From assembly GCF_900199515.1 (NCBI RefSeq), contig NZ_LT963433.1:60001-92000 (forward strand): a stretch of 32,000 bases of DNA, written 5' to 3'. Position 1 is the stretch's first letter. The number at the start of each line of letters is the position of its first letter. Position numbers and translations under genes: made by a program. Below are positions 17,905 through 26,763 of the stretch, piece after piece. This DNA is from Massilicoli timonensis. Lineage in GTDB: Bacteria > Bacillota_I > Bacilli_A > Erysipelotrichales > Erysipelotrichaceae. Under the pieces are notes generated by a model. That model saw only the letters and a list, made by a program, of their open reading frames with translations, was not told where the DNA came from and ran no database searches.

Positions 17905-17932
17905 CGCTCTCACCTCTTGCACTTATCATATA

Positions 17933-18610
17933 CTAATTGTCCTGATTATGCAAATCACTATAAGGAACAAGCTGCGGCACTTTTCCATTTACCAACTGGA
18001 TCACCAGCGGAACTTGGGTGGAAACGACCATTTCTTCCACACTTAAAGAAGTGATCGCCTGTGCCTTGATACTGATTTCCAAAACGATCTCGATCTTCGT
18101 ATTGTTTAAGCCATACGCTTCGGTCTTTGTTTTCAATTCTCCGTTCACATCGTTGAGCAGCTTCATGCGAATCGGGATCTTCGGTCCAAGATCCTGTAAA
18201 AAGCCAATGCCACTTAAATAGCCTAACGGCATTTCATAAATGATGCCATCCGCAAAAAAAACTTCATCAAGCAATGGATCATCTTTACCGTTTTGTGCGG
18301 CAATCAAGCTTTCATCAATGGTTTGTAAAGCGGAATACAACAGCTGATTTAATAGCAGCGTGTCATATTCGATCGAAGTGATATTCCCCTGTGCATCGCG
18401 GTTAATGATCAAAAGATCCTCTGTATCATAATCAATATTGCTTAATACACTGGATACGATACGGTTTACCGCTAAAGACACCTGTGTTTTCGCCTGTGCC
18501 TTTAAGCGGGGCTGAATAAACTGATTAAAGGAAATACTGGTGCTGATGAGCAAATACAAAAGCGCACCGATGAGCACAAGCAAACGGATGCGTTTCTTTT
18601 TCTGTTTCAT
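17933..18610 (-). CDS. yunB: Sporulation protein YunB-like
   Basis: 225 aa. An N-terminal TM helix is followed by a YunB-like body (AVNRIVSSVL...DYDTEDLLII...G.ITSIEYDT). Overlaps the upstream DUF1805 gene by 4 nt, the same neighbourhood as B. subtilis yunB-yunC. Confidence 0.65.
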   Translation of the reverse strand: MKQKKKRIRLLVLIGALLYLLISTSISFNQFIQPRLKAQAKTQVSLAVNRIVSSVLSNIDYDTEDLLIINRDAQGNITSIEYDTLLLNQLLYSALQTIDESLIAAQNGKDDPLLDEVFFADGIIYEMPLGYLSGIGFLQDLGPKIPIRMKLLNDVNGELKTKTEAYGLNNTKIEIVLEISIKAQAITSLSVEEMVVSTQVPLVIQLVNGKVPQLVPYSDLHNQDN

Positions 18611-18906
18611 GAAAACATGCCAAACAGTGCTTCTTCCCCGCTCATCCCTACCGTAATGCCCTTAGCTGCTGCCGCTGCCGTACAGGAAATGATCTGACTT
18701 TCCAACAATTCTTCAAAGCTGTCCCCTTGTTCCACGATTGCCATGACACACTGACTGCGATGCTCCTGCGTAAAGGAAACGGAAAACTGCGCAGTACATA
18801 AAATGCCATGTGTAGAGGTAATGAGACGTATCTCATTATGCGGCAAACGAATCGTAACGGCGATAAAATACTCTCCGTGCAGCTGCATGGTTTTCATGCT
18901 TATCAC
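18607..18906 (-). CDS. DUF1805 domain protein (YunC-like)
   Basis: 99 aa. C-terminal AAAAAKGITVGMSGEEAL is typical of DUF1805. GTG start 7 nt after GGGAGGG. Confidence 0.7.
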   Translation of the reverse strand: MISMKTMQLHGEYFIAVTIRLPHNEIRLITSTHGILCTAQFSVSFTQEHRSQCVMAIVEQGDSFEELLESQIISCTAAAAAKGITVGMSGEEALFGMFS

Positions 18907-18910
18907 TGAA

Positions 18911-18950
18911 AATCCCTCCCCTTCTATCTTATGAAGTGAGGGGAGGGATT
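18911..18950 (-). terminator. mscL terminator hairpin (12-bp perfect stem) that also contains the yunC-like RBS
   Basis: AATCCCTCCCCT (18950-18939 on minus) pairs with AGGGGAGGGATT (18922-18911). 16-nt loop, followed by TTTCA. Confidence 0.6.
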
Positions 18951-18958
18951 ATGAAAGC

Positions 18959-19348
18959 TTAGGATTGCTTGTCTTTCAGTAAATCGCGGATCTCGGTGAG
19001 CAATACTTCTTCCGCACTTGGCTGCGGTGCTTCTGCCGGCGCTTCTTCCTGTTTTTTCTTAAACGAATTGATTGCTTTGATAAAGCAGAATACACTGAAC
19101 GCTACCAACAGAAAAGAAACTATGGCATTGAGAAAATTACCGATCATGATCTGCGCACCGCCGATGCCGATCGACAGATTGCTGAAATCGACACCACCGG
19201 TAATGATACCGATGATCGGTGTGAATACATCGGCCACCAAACTGTTCACGATGGAAGTGAACGCACCACCGATAATGACACCGACTGCCATATCCAGCAC
19301 ATTGCCGCGCATCGCAAACGCCTTAAATTCCTGAACAAATTTTTTCAT
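18959..19348 (-). CDS. mscL: Large-conductance mechanosensitive channel
   Basis: MKKFVQEFKAFAMRGNVLDMAVGVIIGGAFTSIVNSLVADVFTPIIG. Start set at MKKFV (19348). Confidence 0.92.
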   Translation of the reverse strand: MKKFVQEFKAFAMRGNVLDMAVGVIIGGAFTSIVNSLVADVFTPIIGIITGGVDFSNLSIGIGGAQIMIGNFLNAIVSFLLVAFSVFCFIKAINSFKKKQEEAPAEAPQPSAEEVLLTEIRDLLKDKQS

Positions 19349-19751
19349 AACTGCTTCCTTCATGGTCCTTTCTTTTTACATGGCGCCTTTTTTCTAAAAC
19401 GCGCATCTTTCTAAAAATCAATTATGAAGATCCTCAACCCGATCAATAAAGCGCAAAGGCATGAAACAATAGTTATCATATGAACTTATATGGTTGCCCA
19501 TCGTTTCTTCAAACGACAGAAAGAGGATCGATCATAAAACATTTTTTACCATAACAGTATATGTTAATTTTAATGATTTGTAAATATTTGATTTTTCGAT
19601 CATTTCTTTTCCAAATCATAAAAAAGACATTGATAAAGGGAAGCAAAGCTGTCTGCTTGATCAAGCAAAAGATAAATCGAAAATGCAAAAACATTGTTCA
19701 GATGTTTAGAAACTCCTACATCGATTGTCTTTATATCCTCGTTTTTACCGT

Positions 19752-20384
19752 TTAACCGAAATCGTAGTGCTGCCCCTTGATCATGTAAATGATATGTTCA
19801 CAGATGTTTTTTACATGATCGCCGGCACGTTCGATATTACGCAGCATGCTGCTAATGCCAAATACCAGATCGACCAGGTCATCGCTGTTTTTTACGAGCT
19901 GCTTTAATTCCTGATACTGCTCGTCGATCAAAGCATCGCGCTGTGGGATCTGAAATGCTTTTTCACTGTCATGATCCATGTATGCCTGCATTGCTTCTTC
20001 CAGCATGATGATCAGATTTTGTTCCATCTGGTGCGCCGCACCGCGTACTTTTTCATCTAATGATTCATGCTTGATCAAATAAATGGCAATATGCTTGGCA
20101 TAGTCGCCGATCCGTTCTAGCTCCGAAGTGATCTTGATCGCCGCGATCACTTTACGCAGATCGCTGGCAACCGGAGAAAGCAGAGCCAGTGATTCTACCG
20201 CCATATCGTTGATTTCTTCTTCCAGACGATTGATGCGATCATCTGCCTGAATGATATCTAATTCTTTTGTCTTATCCGGTTTCAGCAGGACATCCATGAC
20301 ACTGCTGTGCATCTGGATGACTTTTTCCGACATGTGCATGATACAAGTTTCCATTTTATCTAATTTACGTTCAATTCTAATCAT
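19752..20384 (-). CDS. phoU: Phosphate signalling complex protein PhoU
   Basis: 210 aa. Duplicated PhoU motif: ELERIGDYAKHIA and NIERAGDHVKNI. Confidence 0.9.
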   Translation of the reverse strand: MIRIERKLDKMETCIMHMSEKVIQMHSSVMDVLLKPDKTKELDIIQADDRINRLEEEINDMAVESLALLSPVASDLRKVIAAIKITSELERIGDYAKHIAIYLIKHESLDEKVRGAAHQMEQNLIIMLEEAMQAYMDHDSEKAFQIPQRDALIDEQYQELKQLVKNSDDLVDLVFGISSMLRNIERAGDHVKNICEHIIYMIKGQHYDFG

Positions 20385-20395
20385 GTGTTTTCTCC

Positions 20396-21157
20396 TTATC
20401 CGAATCGTCCGGTAATGTAATCTTCCGTACGCTTATCGCTTGGCTGCTGGAAGATCTTTTTCGTTTCATCAAATTCTACCATTTCGCCCATCAGGAAGAA
20501 AGCTGTTTCATCACTGACACGGGCTGCCTGCTGCATATTGTGCGTAACGATAATGATCGTATAATCTTTTTTCAGTTCCATCGCCATTTCTTCGATCTTG
20601 CTGGTGGAAATCGGATCAAGAGCGCTGGTCGGCTCATCCATCAGGATCACTTCCGGTTCCATTGCGATTGCCCTGGCGATGCATAAACGCTGCTGCTGAC
20701 CGCCGGATAAGCCAAATGCACTCTCTTGTAAACGATCTTTTACCTCTTCCCACAAAGCTGCCTTTGTCAAAGACTGTTCGACGATCTCATCAAGAATTTT
20801 TTTACTTTTGATGCCCTGACATCTTGGTCCATAGGCGATATTGTCATAGATCGACATTGGAAAAGGATTGGCCTTTTGAAAAACCATGCCCACTTTGGTA
20901 CGCAAATCAACGACATTCATCTGCGTACTGTGAATATCGTTTCCATCCAGTTCGATCGTACCGCTGACCTTACAGCCGTCCACCAGATCATTCATGCGAT
21001 TCAAACAGCGCAGGAAAGTCGATTTGCCGCAGCCGCTGGGACCGATCAAGGCCGTGATCTTGTTTCGTTTAATATCCATCTTGATTTGCTTTAACGCCTG
21101 TTTATCACCGTAAAACAAATCCAGATGATCTACATGAAAGATTGTTTCAGCATTCAT
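20396..21157 (-). CDS. pstB: Phosphate ABC transporter ATP-binding protein
   Basis: [10 protein letters not shown], Walker [46 protein letters not shown]. Start set at MNAETIF after AGGAGG. Confidence 0.92.
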   Translation of the reverse strand: MNAETIFHVDHLDLFYGDKQALKQIKMDIKRNKITALIGPSGCGKSTFLRCLNRMNDLVDGCKVSGTIELDGNDIHSTQMNVVDLRTKVGMVFQKANPFPMSIYDNIAYGPRCQGIKSKKILDEIVEQSLTKAALWEEVKDRLQESAFGLSGGQQQRLCIARAIAMEPEVILMDEPTSALDPISTSKIEEMAMELKKDYTIIIVTHNMQQAARVSDETAFFLMGEMVEFDETKKIFQQPSDKRTEDYITGRFG

Positions 21158-21168
21158 ATCCATTCCTC

Positions 21169-22413
21169 CTAATACCATGCTTTATTCAATTTCTTAGAAA
21201 GCAGTTTTACCGTGATATTTAAGATCAATACAAATATCAGGATCACGATCGAGATCGCACTTGCTAATTCAAAGTTTGGCTGCTCACTGCTCATGATGTT
21301 ATAGATATGCACAGCCAGTGATGTACCCTGTGACAATAGATGCGGTGCATCGTTCACATAAGTCCCCATCGTATAGATCAAAGCGGCGCTTTCACCGATG
21401 ACGCGCCCGATACTGAGCATCACACCGGTCAAGATTCCAGGAATCGCACATGGAAGCACAACTTTGAAAATCGTTTGGGATTGGTTCGCTCCTAGAGAAA
21501 GCGAAGCATCTCGCATGGATTTCGGCACGACGATCAGCGCTTCTTCCGTCGAGCGTATGATCGTCGGCAATAAGATGACCGCCATCGTAAACGCCCCTAA
21601 TAAAATATTGGTGGTCGTGGCGCCAAACAGCTGGGTAACCGGGAATAAAACAGTAACCCCCATCAAACCGAAAATAATGCTCGGCACGCCTGTCAACATA
21701 TCGATCGCACTGCGAATGAGCGCCGTTACCTTATTTTGCTTTGCATATTCATGCAGATAGATCGCCGCCGCAATGCCAAGCGGCAAAGCGATCAGCAAGG
21801 AAACGAGGATCAAATACAGGGTCGAAAGGATCGAACCGCGAATACCGCCGCCCGGCGTCTTAAAATATGCCTGTTCGATCACGTCCGCCTGATCCAACGC
21901 TTCACAAAGCTCTTTTGCATTTTGCGACATGATATTGCCTGCCGTATAGGTGATTCCATTTTCATCCTGATAACTGATGCGTTCCACCTGAAAGCCGCTT
22001 TCCGCAGACAGCGTTACCTGCTTATCTTTGATACTGTCATCTAACAGCCTTGCAAAAGGAGAAGCTTCATCTACATATTCGATCAAAATCACATTGTCCT
22101 TATTTTGATCTTGCGCATCCACAAAGGCGATCCCCCATTTGCTTGAGAAAGCAGCGCCCTCATTCAGATCAGCCGGCGCCTGATAATTCCCCGCCTGATT
22201 ATAGGATTCTTCAACGCTTACCAAATAATTATTAGACCAGTAGTTGCCTTTTAGAAGATCAAAGCCCAGTGAGGAAAACCCTTTGGAAAAAATAAAAACA
22301 AAGATGGCGATCAGAATAAACGCGCCTAAGCCACTGGATAAATAAGTAATGGCATTCAAACAGGCATCTTTGATCTTCCGTTTCTTTTTTACAGCCGCAT
22401 TTACCTGCATCAT
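21169..22413 (-). CDS. pstA: Phosphate ABC transporter permease PstA, with an enlarged first extracytoplasmic loop
   Basis: C-terminal two thirds is canonical PstA ([13 protein letters not shown]..., EAA-type loop [16 protein letters not shown]). ATGA overlap with pstC. Confidence 0.88.
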   Translation of the reverse strand: MMQVNAAVKKKRKIKDACLNAITYLSSGLGAFILIAIFVFIFSKGFSSLGFDLLKGNYWSNNYLVSVEESYNQAGNYQAPADLNEGAAFSSKWGIAFVDAQDQNKDNVILIEYVDEASPFARLLDDSIKDKQVTLSAESGFQVERISYQDENGITYTAGNIMSQNAKELCEALDQADVIEQAYFKTPGGGIRGSILSTLYLILVSLLIALPLGIAAAIYLHEYAKQNKVTALIRSAIDMLTGVPSIIFGLMGVTVLFPVTQLFGATTTNILLGAFTMAVILLPTIIRSTEEALIVVPKSMRDASLSLGANQSQTIFKVVLPCAIPGILTGVMLSIGRVIGESAALIYTMGTYVNDAPHLLSQGTSLAVHIYNIMSSEQPNFELASAISIVILIFVLILNITVKLLSKKLNKAWY

Positions 22414-23342
22414 TTCATATTCCCCACTTTCTTCTTCACAAGATTCAAAATCAAATTAGAAAGCAGAATCACTGCCATTAAGACCAGCCCTGCCGAAAAG
22501 CGAATATCATAATCCAGACCGGTCGTTTCTTTTAACCCGGAAAGCATTGTCGTCGTCAAAGTCCGCGTTGTATCAAACAGATTAAATGTCGGACCGAACA
22601 TCTTATTGCCGGCGACCATTGCCACTGCCGTCGCTTCGCCAAACGCCCGTCCAAGTCCTAATATCGCTCCGGCAAATATGCCGGATTTCGCACTGGTCAA
22701 TACGACTTTGAAATTTGTCTGCGTGCGAGTCGCGCCCAAAGCAAGAGAACCCAGTTCTACATCTTTATCAACTGCCCGGATCGCCGTAATGGAAAGCGAG
22801 GTAATCGTCGGAAAGATCATGATTGCCAGCAGTAATATGACTGCCAGCAGCGAACTGCCCCCAGCCGTCACCAAGCCGAACTGCGCTGCCAATGTGCTGA
22901 CCAGAAGCGTGATCGTACCGGATGCAAACACCCCATATACGACCGAAGGAATCGATGCCAGCAGCTCAATGACCGTCGTCATCATCGCCGACAGTTTTTT
23001 AGGTGCGATCTTCGTAATAAACAAAGCGGTCAGCACCGATAAAGGAAACGACAGCAGCAGTGCACCGAACGAAGAAACCAACGTATTGACAATAATGAAT
23101 CCGACACCGTAGATTCCCTGATCCTTGCGCCATGTCGTTCCAAACAAAAAGGAAAAGAAATCCACTCCTTCTTGGAGGAAAGGCGTAATGCCTTTCATAC
23201 TGATAAATATGACAATGACTGCGATCGCACTGGAAGAAAGCAGCGCAGCTGTAAAAAAGCACGCACGCATTCGTTTGTCTTTTCTGAGCTTCTTTTCATT
23301 TTTCTCTGTGCTTATCACATCTCTCACAAAACTTTTCATCAT
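22410..23342 (-). CDS. pstC: Phosphate ABC transporter permease PstC
   Basis: 310 aa, six TM helices. GSLALGATRTQTNFKVVL, GLGRAFGETMAV-like motif GLGRAFGEATAVAMV. Confidence 0.88.
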   Translation of the reverse strand: MMKSFVRDVISTEKNEKKLRKDKRMRACFFTAALLSSSAIAVIVIFISMKGITPFLQEGVDFFSFLFGTTWRKDQGIYGVGFIIVNTLVSSFGALLLSFPLSVLTALFITKIAPKKLSAMMTTVIELLASIPSVVYGVFASGTITLLVSTLAAQFGLVTAGGSSLLAVILLLAIMIFPTITSLSITAIRAVDKDVELGSLALGATRTQTNFKVVLTSAKSGIFAGAILGLGRAFGEATAVAMVAGNKMFGPTFNLFDTTRTLTTTMLSGLKETTGLDYDIRFSAGLVLMAVILLSNLILNLVKKKVGNMK

Positions 23343-23417
23343 TCACCAATCCTATCATCTTCAATAAGAAACAGCCCAGATCACCAGGCCGTTTCTTCCA
23401 TTTCACGCTTGCGGCGC

Positions 23418-24359
23418 TTATTTCTCTAAATCTTCCCAGTTTTTGGTGGCACCGGTAAAGATTCCCTTTAACTGTTCCTGTGTCAGATTTTCGATCGCAT
23501 TGTCTTTGTTTACGATCGCCACAACAGCATCAATGCAGTACTGTCCGGAAAGCATCGCACCATCTACCGGTTCTTCATCCTTAAAGGTACGGGATGCAAA
23601 ACCGATATCCGCACGGTTCGCACCGTCTTTTTCAGCTCCTAACACACGTGGATAAGCATCAGAGCTTCCTGACTGATTCATCACGAATTTGAAGTTTCCG
23701 GCCATCGGCGAAAATGCTTCCAAAGATGCTTTCAGTGTTTTTTCTACGGAAGTAGAGCCTGCTGTCGTAATGGTGATGCCGGAATTGTCCTGATTCAATA
23801 CCGATTCATATTTCGGCGCCAGTTCGCTCCATGCAACCGCCTTGCTCTCATCTACTTCTCCGCCGTTTTTCTTCACGATTGCCATACCTTCTTTTGAATT
23901 CTGCATGAAATCTAAGAATGCGGCTACCAGTGTTTCTTTTTCTTCGCTTTCGAAATCACCTGCTGCTCGAGTAACGAACATGAACGGACGCTGTAAGCCA
24001 TAAGAACCATCTAATACGGTCTCGGTGCTCGCTTCAACACCTTCATATTTCAGCGCTTTTACCCCGTTCTTTTCAAAATCAGTAGATAATGAGGTATAAC
24101 CGATCCCATTAAGATCCGCACCGACTTTTGCGGCCATGTCATCGTTGCTGGCAACTTCATGTGCCTTTTTCGTAAGTTCCCCTTCAAAATCCACTCCCTT
24201 TTCAAACGCTTCTCTGGTACCACTGGATGAATCTCTGGTGTAAACCTGGAATGCGCCGCTTACCCCTTCGCTTGTTTTTTCATCTCCGCCACATCCCGCT
24301 AGTGATACACTCATCAAGCAGGCAAATCCTACTGCCATCAATTTCTTCATAAAACGCAT
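23418..24359 (-). CDS. pstS: Phosphate-binding lipoprotein PstS
   Basis: Lipobox SLAGCGG. RDSSSGTREAF and GSTSVEKT motifs of the PBP-2 phosphate binder. Start set at MRFMKK after AAAGGAGG. Confidence 0.9.
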   Translation of the reverse strand: MRFMKKLMAVGFACLMSVSLAGCGGDEKTSEGVSGAFQVYTRDSSSGTREAFEKGVDFEGELTKKAHEVASNDDMAAKVGADLNGIGYTSLSTDFEKNGVKALKYEGVEASTETVLDGSYGLQRPFMFVTRAAGDFESEEKETLVAAFLDFMQNSKEGMAIVKKNGGEVDESKAVAWSELAPKYESVLNQDNSGITITTAGSTSVEKTLKASLEAFSPMAGNFKFVMNQSGSSDAYPRVLGAEKDGANRADIGFASRTFKDEEPVDGAMLSGQYCIDAVVAIVNKDNAIENLTQEQLKGIFTGATKNWEDLEK

Positions 24360-24408
24360 GCTGATTCCTCCTTTTGCATACTGTGTATGTCTTTCCTCAT
24401 GCACGCTT

Positions 24409-24463
24409 ATTATAAAGCGCTGATTATCAGATTGTATTCAAGCGTTTGTTAAATGAACGTAAA
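24409..24463 (-). promoter_or_regulatory. Putative pst promoter: -10 TATAAT preceded by four hexamers phased at 11 bp (Pho-box-like)
   Basis: Minus strand: TTTACG-5-TTAACA-5-TTGAAT-5-CTGATA (24463-24425), then 10 nt, then TATAAT (24414-24409). Only TTAACA matches TT(A/T/C)ACA fully. Confidence 0.4.
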
Positions 24464-24593
24464 ATGAAAAAAAGGAAAAAGATGAAAAGATCGTGCATTT
24501 TAGAGAAGCGCTATAAAAAAGCACTGCCTTCATGCCAACGAAAAAGATAAGCAAAAAGGAAGATGATCCATGATCGAAGCCGCATTGCCAAGC

Positions 24594-24628
24594 TAAAAAA
24601 AGCTCCCTATTTATTCTTGATAGGGAGC
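24594..24628 (-). terminator. Rho-independent terminator after the cyclophilin-like lipoprotein gene
   Basis: GCTCCCTAT / ATAGGGAGC, a 9-bp perfect stem whose 5' arm is the last codons of the gene, followed by TTTTTTT. Confidence 0.75.
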
Positions 24629-25147
24629 AATCGTGACATTTCCTTGTAAATTTTCTATCTGTTCTTTCCCGCTGATGATCTCACCTAATGCGTATAACTG
24701 ACTTCCTTTCCCAAAATCATCATAGAACAAAACGACATCGCCCCAAGGCGCATAATAGGCAAGCGTTCCCTGTTTTGCATCGGCAAGCGGTGTATCTTCT
24801 AAAGACAGTTCCTGCGGCGGATAAAAGATTTTTTCATTGGTGCTGTAGTCCTGTATTTCTAAAGTGAGTGGAAGCTGTGCATAAAGGGAGCGGGCAGCTT
24901 GGCTTTGATTCAGTTCATAGATGAGTGTGATCGTATCTGTACGGATGCTGATATTCATCGTTTCTTCCTCCTTCGTCGCAGATGTTGCGGTATCTGTTTC
25001 CTGTGAAGCGTCATTTTCTTCGCGATCTTGTCTTTGTGATGTCTGCTCTTTTTCCACCGCTGTCGATGATTTTGATCTCATGCACCCGGCACAGCACAAA
25101 AGCGCAAACACCATACACAATAAAAGTTTGTTTCTTTTTTTCATCAT
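24611..25147 (-). CDS. Lipoprotein with cyclophilin-like fold domain
   Basis: Lipobox LLCCAGC and a low-complexity acidic linker. Then LNQSQAARSLYAQLPLTL...EKIFYPP...GTLAYYAPWGDVVLFYDDFG, typical of the cyclophilin-like family. ATGA overlap with the upstream gene. Confidence 0.7.
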   Translation of the reverse strand: MMKKRNKLLLCMVFALLCCAGCMRSKSSTAVEKEQTSQRQDREENDASQETDTATSATKEEETMNISIRTDTITLIYELNQSQAARSLYAQLPLTLEIQDYSTNEKIFYPPQELSLEDTPLADAKQGTLAYYAPWGDVVLFYDDFGKGSQLYALGEIISGKEQIENLQGNVTIAPYQE

Positions 25148-26337
25148 GCGGATTTCTCCTTCTGCTCATGCAGCTTCAAAAAATCTGTCAATGCCTGCTT
25201 CAGCTGCATCATCAATGCTTCCAGATCTTCAAAGGAACAGGCAGTATTGATGCGTAAGAAGCCTTTTGCATCTGCCGTATGGTTTTTTCCATAAGGAAGA
25301 AAAAGATCGTAGGCTTCACGCAGATAAGTTGCGAAATCTTTTTCAGAGATCGATGGTTCGATCAATTGCAGCTGTAAATAATCGGTATCCGCATAGGGAC
25401 TCATCTGCATCTGCGCAAGCTGTGTTTCGATGAAACATTCGAGGAATGCTTTGTTTTTATCTATTTGTTTTTGTACGCTTGCGTCGTCTTGATCGATCTT
25501 ATTTGTCAAGACCACACCTTTGGCAGCATCCAGATCCATGATCACTTCCCCTACCTGCGGTGCACAGATGAATCCGCTTAATGGATTTTTCACACTGTCA
25601 ATGGCAGAAGTAACGACTGCCTGCAAATCAGAACGTTCAAAGCAAAGATCGGTGTCGATCATCTCACAGTTGATGAGCAGCAGGTTTTTACAATAACAAA
25701 GCGGCTGCGTGCCGATGATCTTACAGTTGATCAAAGTCAGACCATCGCTGTACCACGCTAAATATTCTCCTTTCACAACACTGTTTTTTACAGTTACATT
25801 TTCCGCATGCCAGAATGCGTCTTTTGTGTCTAATACACAGTTCTCAAAATAAGCATCTTTGATATATTGAAACGAGTATTTTCCCTGAAACTGCACATTG
25901 GTAAAATGCAGATCATTGGAACGCATCATAAAATATTCACTTTTAACATCGGTATCGCTCATTTTGATGCCTTTGGTAAACCAGCCGAATTCCATAGAAT
26001 CAATATCACAGTGCGCAATGCTCACATTGGCACACTCTCGCAGCGCTTTAATGCCATGCAGCTGCGAATGTTCGATCTTTACCTGATCACAGTACCATAA
26101 AGCAGCCCGGCACAGCTCGCTCATTTCCGCATGATCAATCTGTAAATCATGATTGTGCCAAAACGGATAACGCAAATTGAAGAAGCAGTGGTCTACGGTA
26201 ATTGCTTGACACTCTTTTAGAGCGCTCTCGCCGTCAGCAGGCCCATCAAAAGCACATTCTTTTACCAATGCCTCGTTCAAACCGTATAATGCCCGTTCTT
26301 CATCAAAACGCTGTTCCTTTATGATCTTCATATTCAT
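25144..26337 (-). CDS. DUF3737 (beta-helix) protein with a ~115-aa C-terminal extension resembling the small domain of a MalY/PatB-type aminotransferase
   Basis: N-terminal ~280 aa: MKIIKEQRFDEERALYG...DGPADGESALKE...FNLRYPFWH...CRAALWY. Tail: DTDYLQLQL...SEKDFATYL...GFLRINTACSFEDLEALMMQLKQAL. An alternative ATG at 26331 is equally plausible. Confidence 0.75.
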   Translation of the reverse strand: MNMKIIKEQRFDEERALYGLNEALVKECAFDGPADGESALKECQAITVDHCFFNLRYPFWHNHDLQIDHAEMSELCRAALWYCDQVKIEHSQLHGIKALRECANVSIAHCDIDSMEFGWFTKGIKMSDTDVKSEYFMMRSNDLHFTNVQFQGKYSFQYIKDAYFENCVLDTKDAFWHAENVTVKNSVVKGEYLAWYSDGLTLINCKIIGTQPLCYCKNLLLINCEMIDTDLCFERSDLQAVVTSAIDSVKNPLSGFICAPQVGEVIMDLDAAKGVVLTNKIDQDDASVQKQIDKNKAFLECFIETQLAQMQMSPYADTDYLQLQLIEPSISEKDFATYLREAYDLFLPYGKNHTADAKGFLRINTACSFEDLEALMMQLKQALTDFLKLHEQKEKSA

Positions 26338-26349
26338 CCTTCCTCTCCT

Positions 26350-26601
26350 CTATTTTTCCTGTTTACTGCGCTTGATCTGATAAACCAGATAATCCACACA
26401 GTCAATCTGCTTTTCTTTCTGATGCACCATGCTAAGCAGACACGCACGATGCTGTTCCAACATCTGCAACAATGATTCCATATCATCCTCTGCCAGCTGC
26501 TTCATCAGATCGTCAATCATGTCTTTTGAACAACCGGCATCGATCAGATTTTGCATGACTGCCTGCCGCGAACCATAACAGATCGATTGTTCCAGCTTCA
26601 T
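26350..26601 (-). CDS. Small helical hypothetical protein with four Cys (83 aa)
   Basis: RBS GGGTGA plus 4 nt. First gene of the operon, 12 nt upstream of the DUF3737 gene. No family recognised; contains the patterns LIDAGC and QIDCVDYL. Confidence 0.6.
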   Translation of the reverse strand: MKLEQSICYGSRQAVMQNLIDAGCSKDMIDDLMKQLAEDDMESLLQMLEQHRACLLSMVHQKEKQIDCVDYLVYQIKRSKQEK

Positions 26602-26679
26602 ATCATCACCCTTTACTTTTTATCTGCTCCTATCATAAAGGAATTTATAGAAAATAACAAATACTTATAAATAATAGAC

Positions 26680-26702
26680 TTGTATAGTTGAAAACTATAC
26701 AA
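26680..26702. promoter_or_regulatory. Perfect 10-bp inverted repeat containing a T-N11-A LysR-type box
   Basis: TTGTATAGTT-GAA-AACTATACAA. It overlaps a TTGAAA(-35)/17 nt/TATGCT promoter for the LysR gene and lies upstream of the divergent operon promoter (TTGTTA/17 nt/TATGAT on the minus strand). Confidence 0.6.
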
Positions 26703-26763
26703 TATTTTGCTATGCTGATAACAGGTCATTACTGTAAACAGCAGAACAAGAGGAGGAAACGAT

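Noticed and set aside
19411-19479. 22-aa hydrophobic minus-strand peptide (MITIVSCLCALLIGLRIFIIDF) reminiscent of type I toxins
   Set aside because: There is no Shine-Dalgarno sequence and no recognisable antisense partner. It sits where the mscL promoter is expected, and the evidence is too weak to call.
22606-23112. 168-aa plus-strand ORF inside pstC (similar cases at 21398-21760 in pstA, 13083-13517 in the ABC gene, 14155-14664 in pgi)
   Set aside because: They are antisense to genes with unambiguous family motifs, and no translation signals are present.
24464-24550. 28-codon plus-strand ORF encoding a very basic peptide (MKKRKKMKRSCILEKRYKK...)
   Set aside because: There is no RBS. It lies in the A-rich pstS upstream region, overlaps the putative Pho boxes, and its composition is explained by the A-runs.
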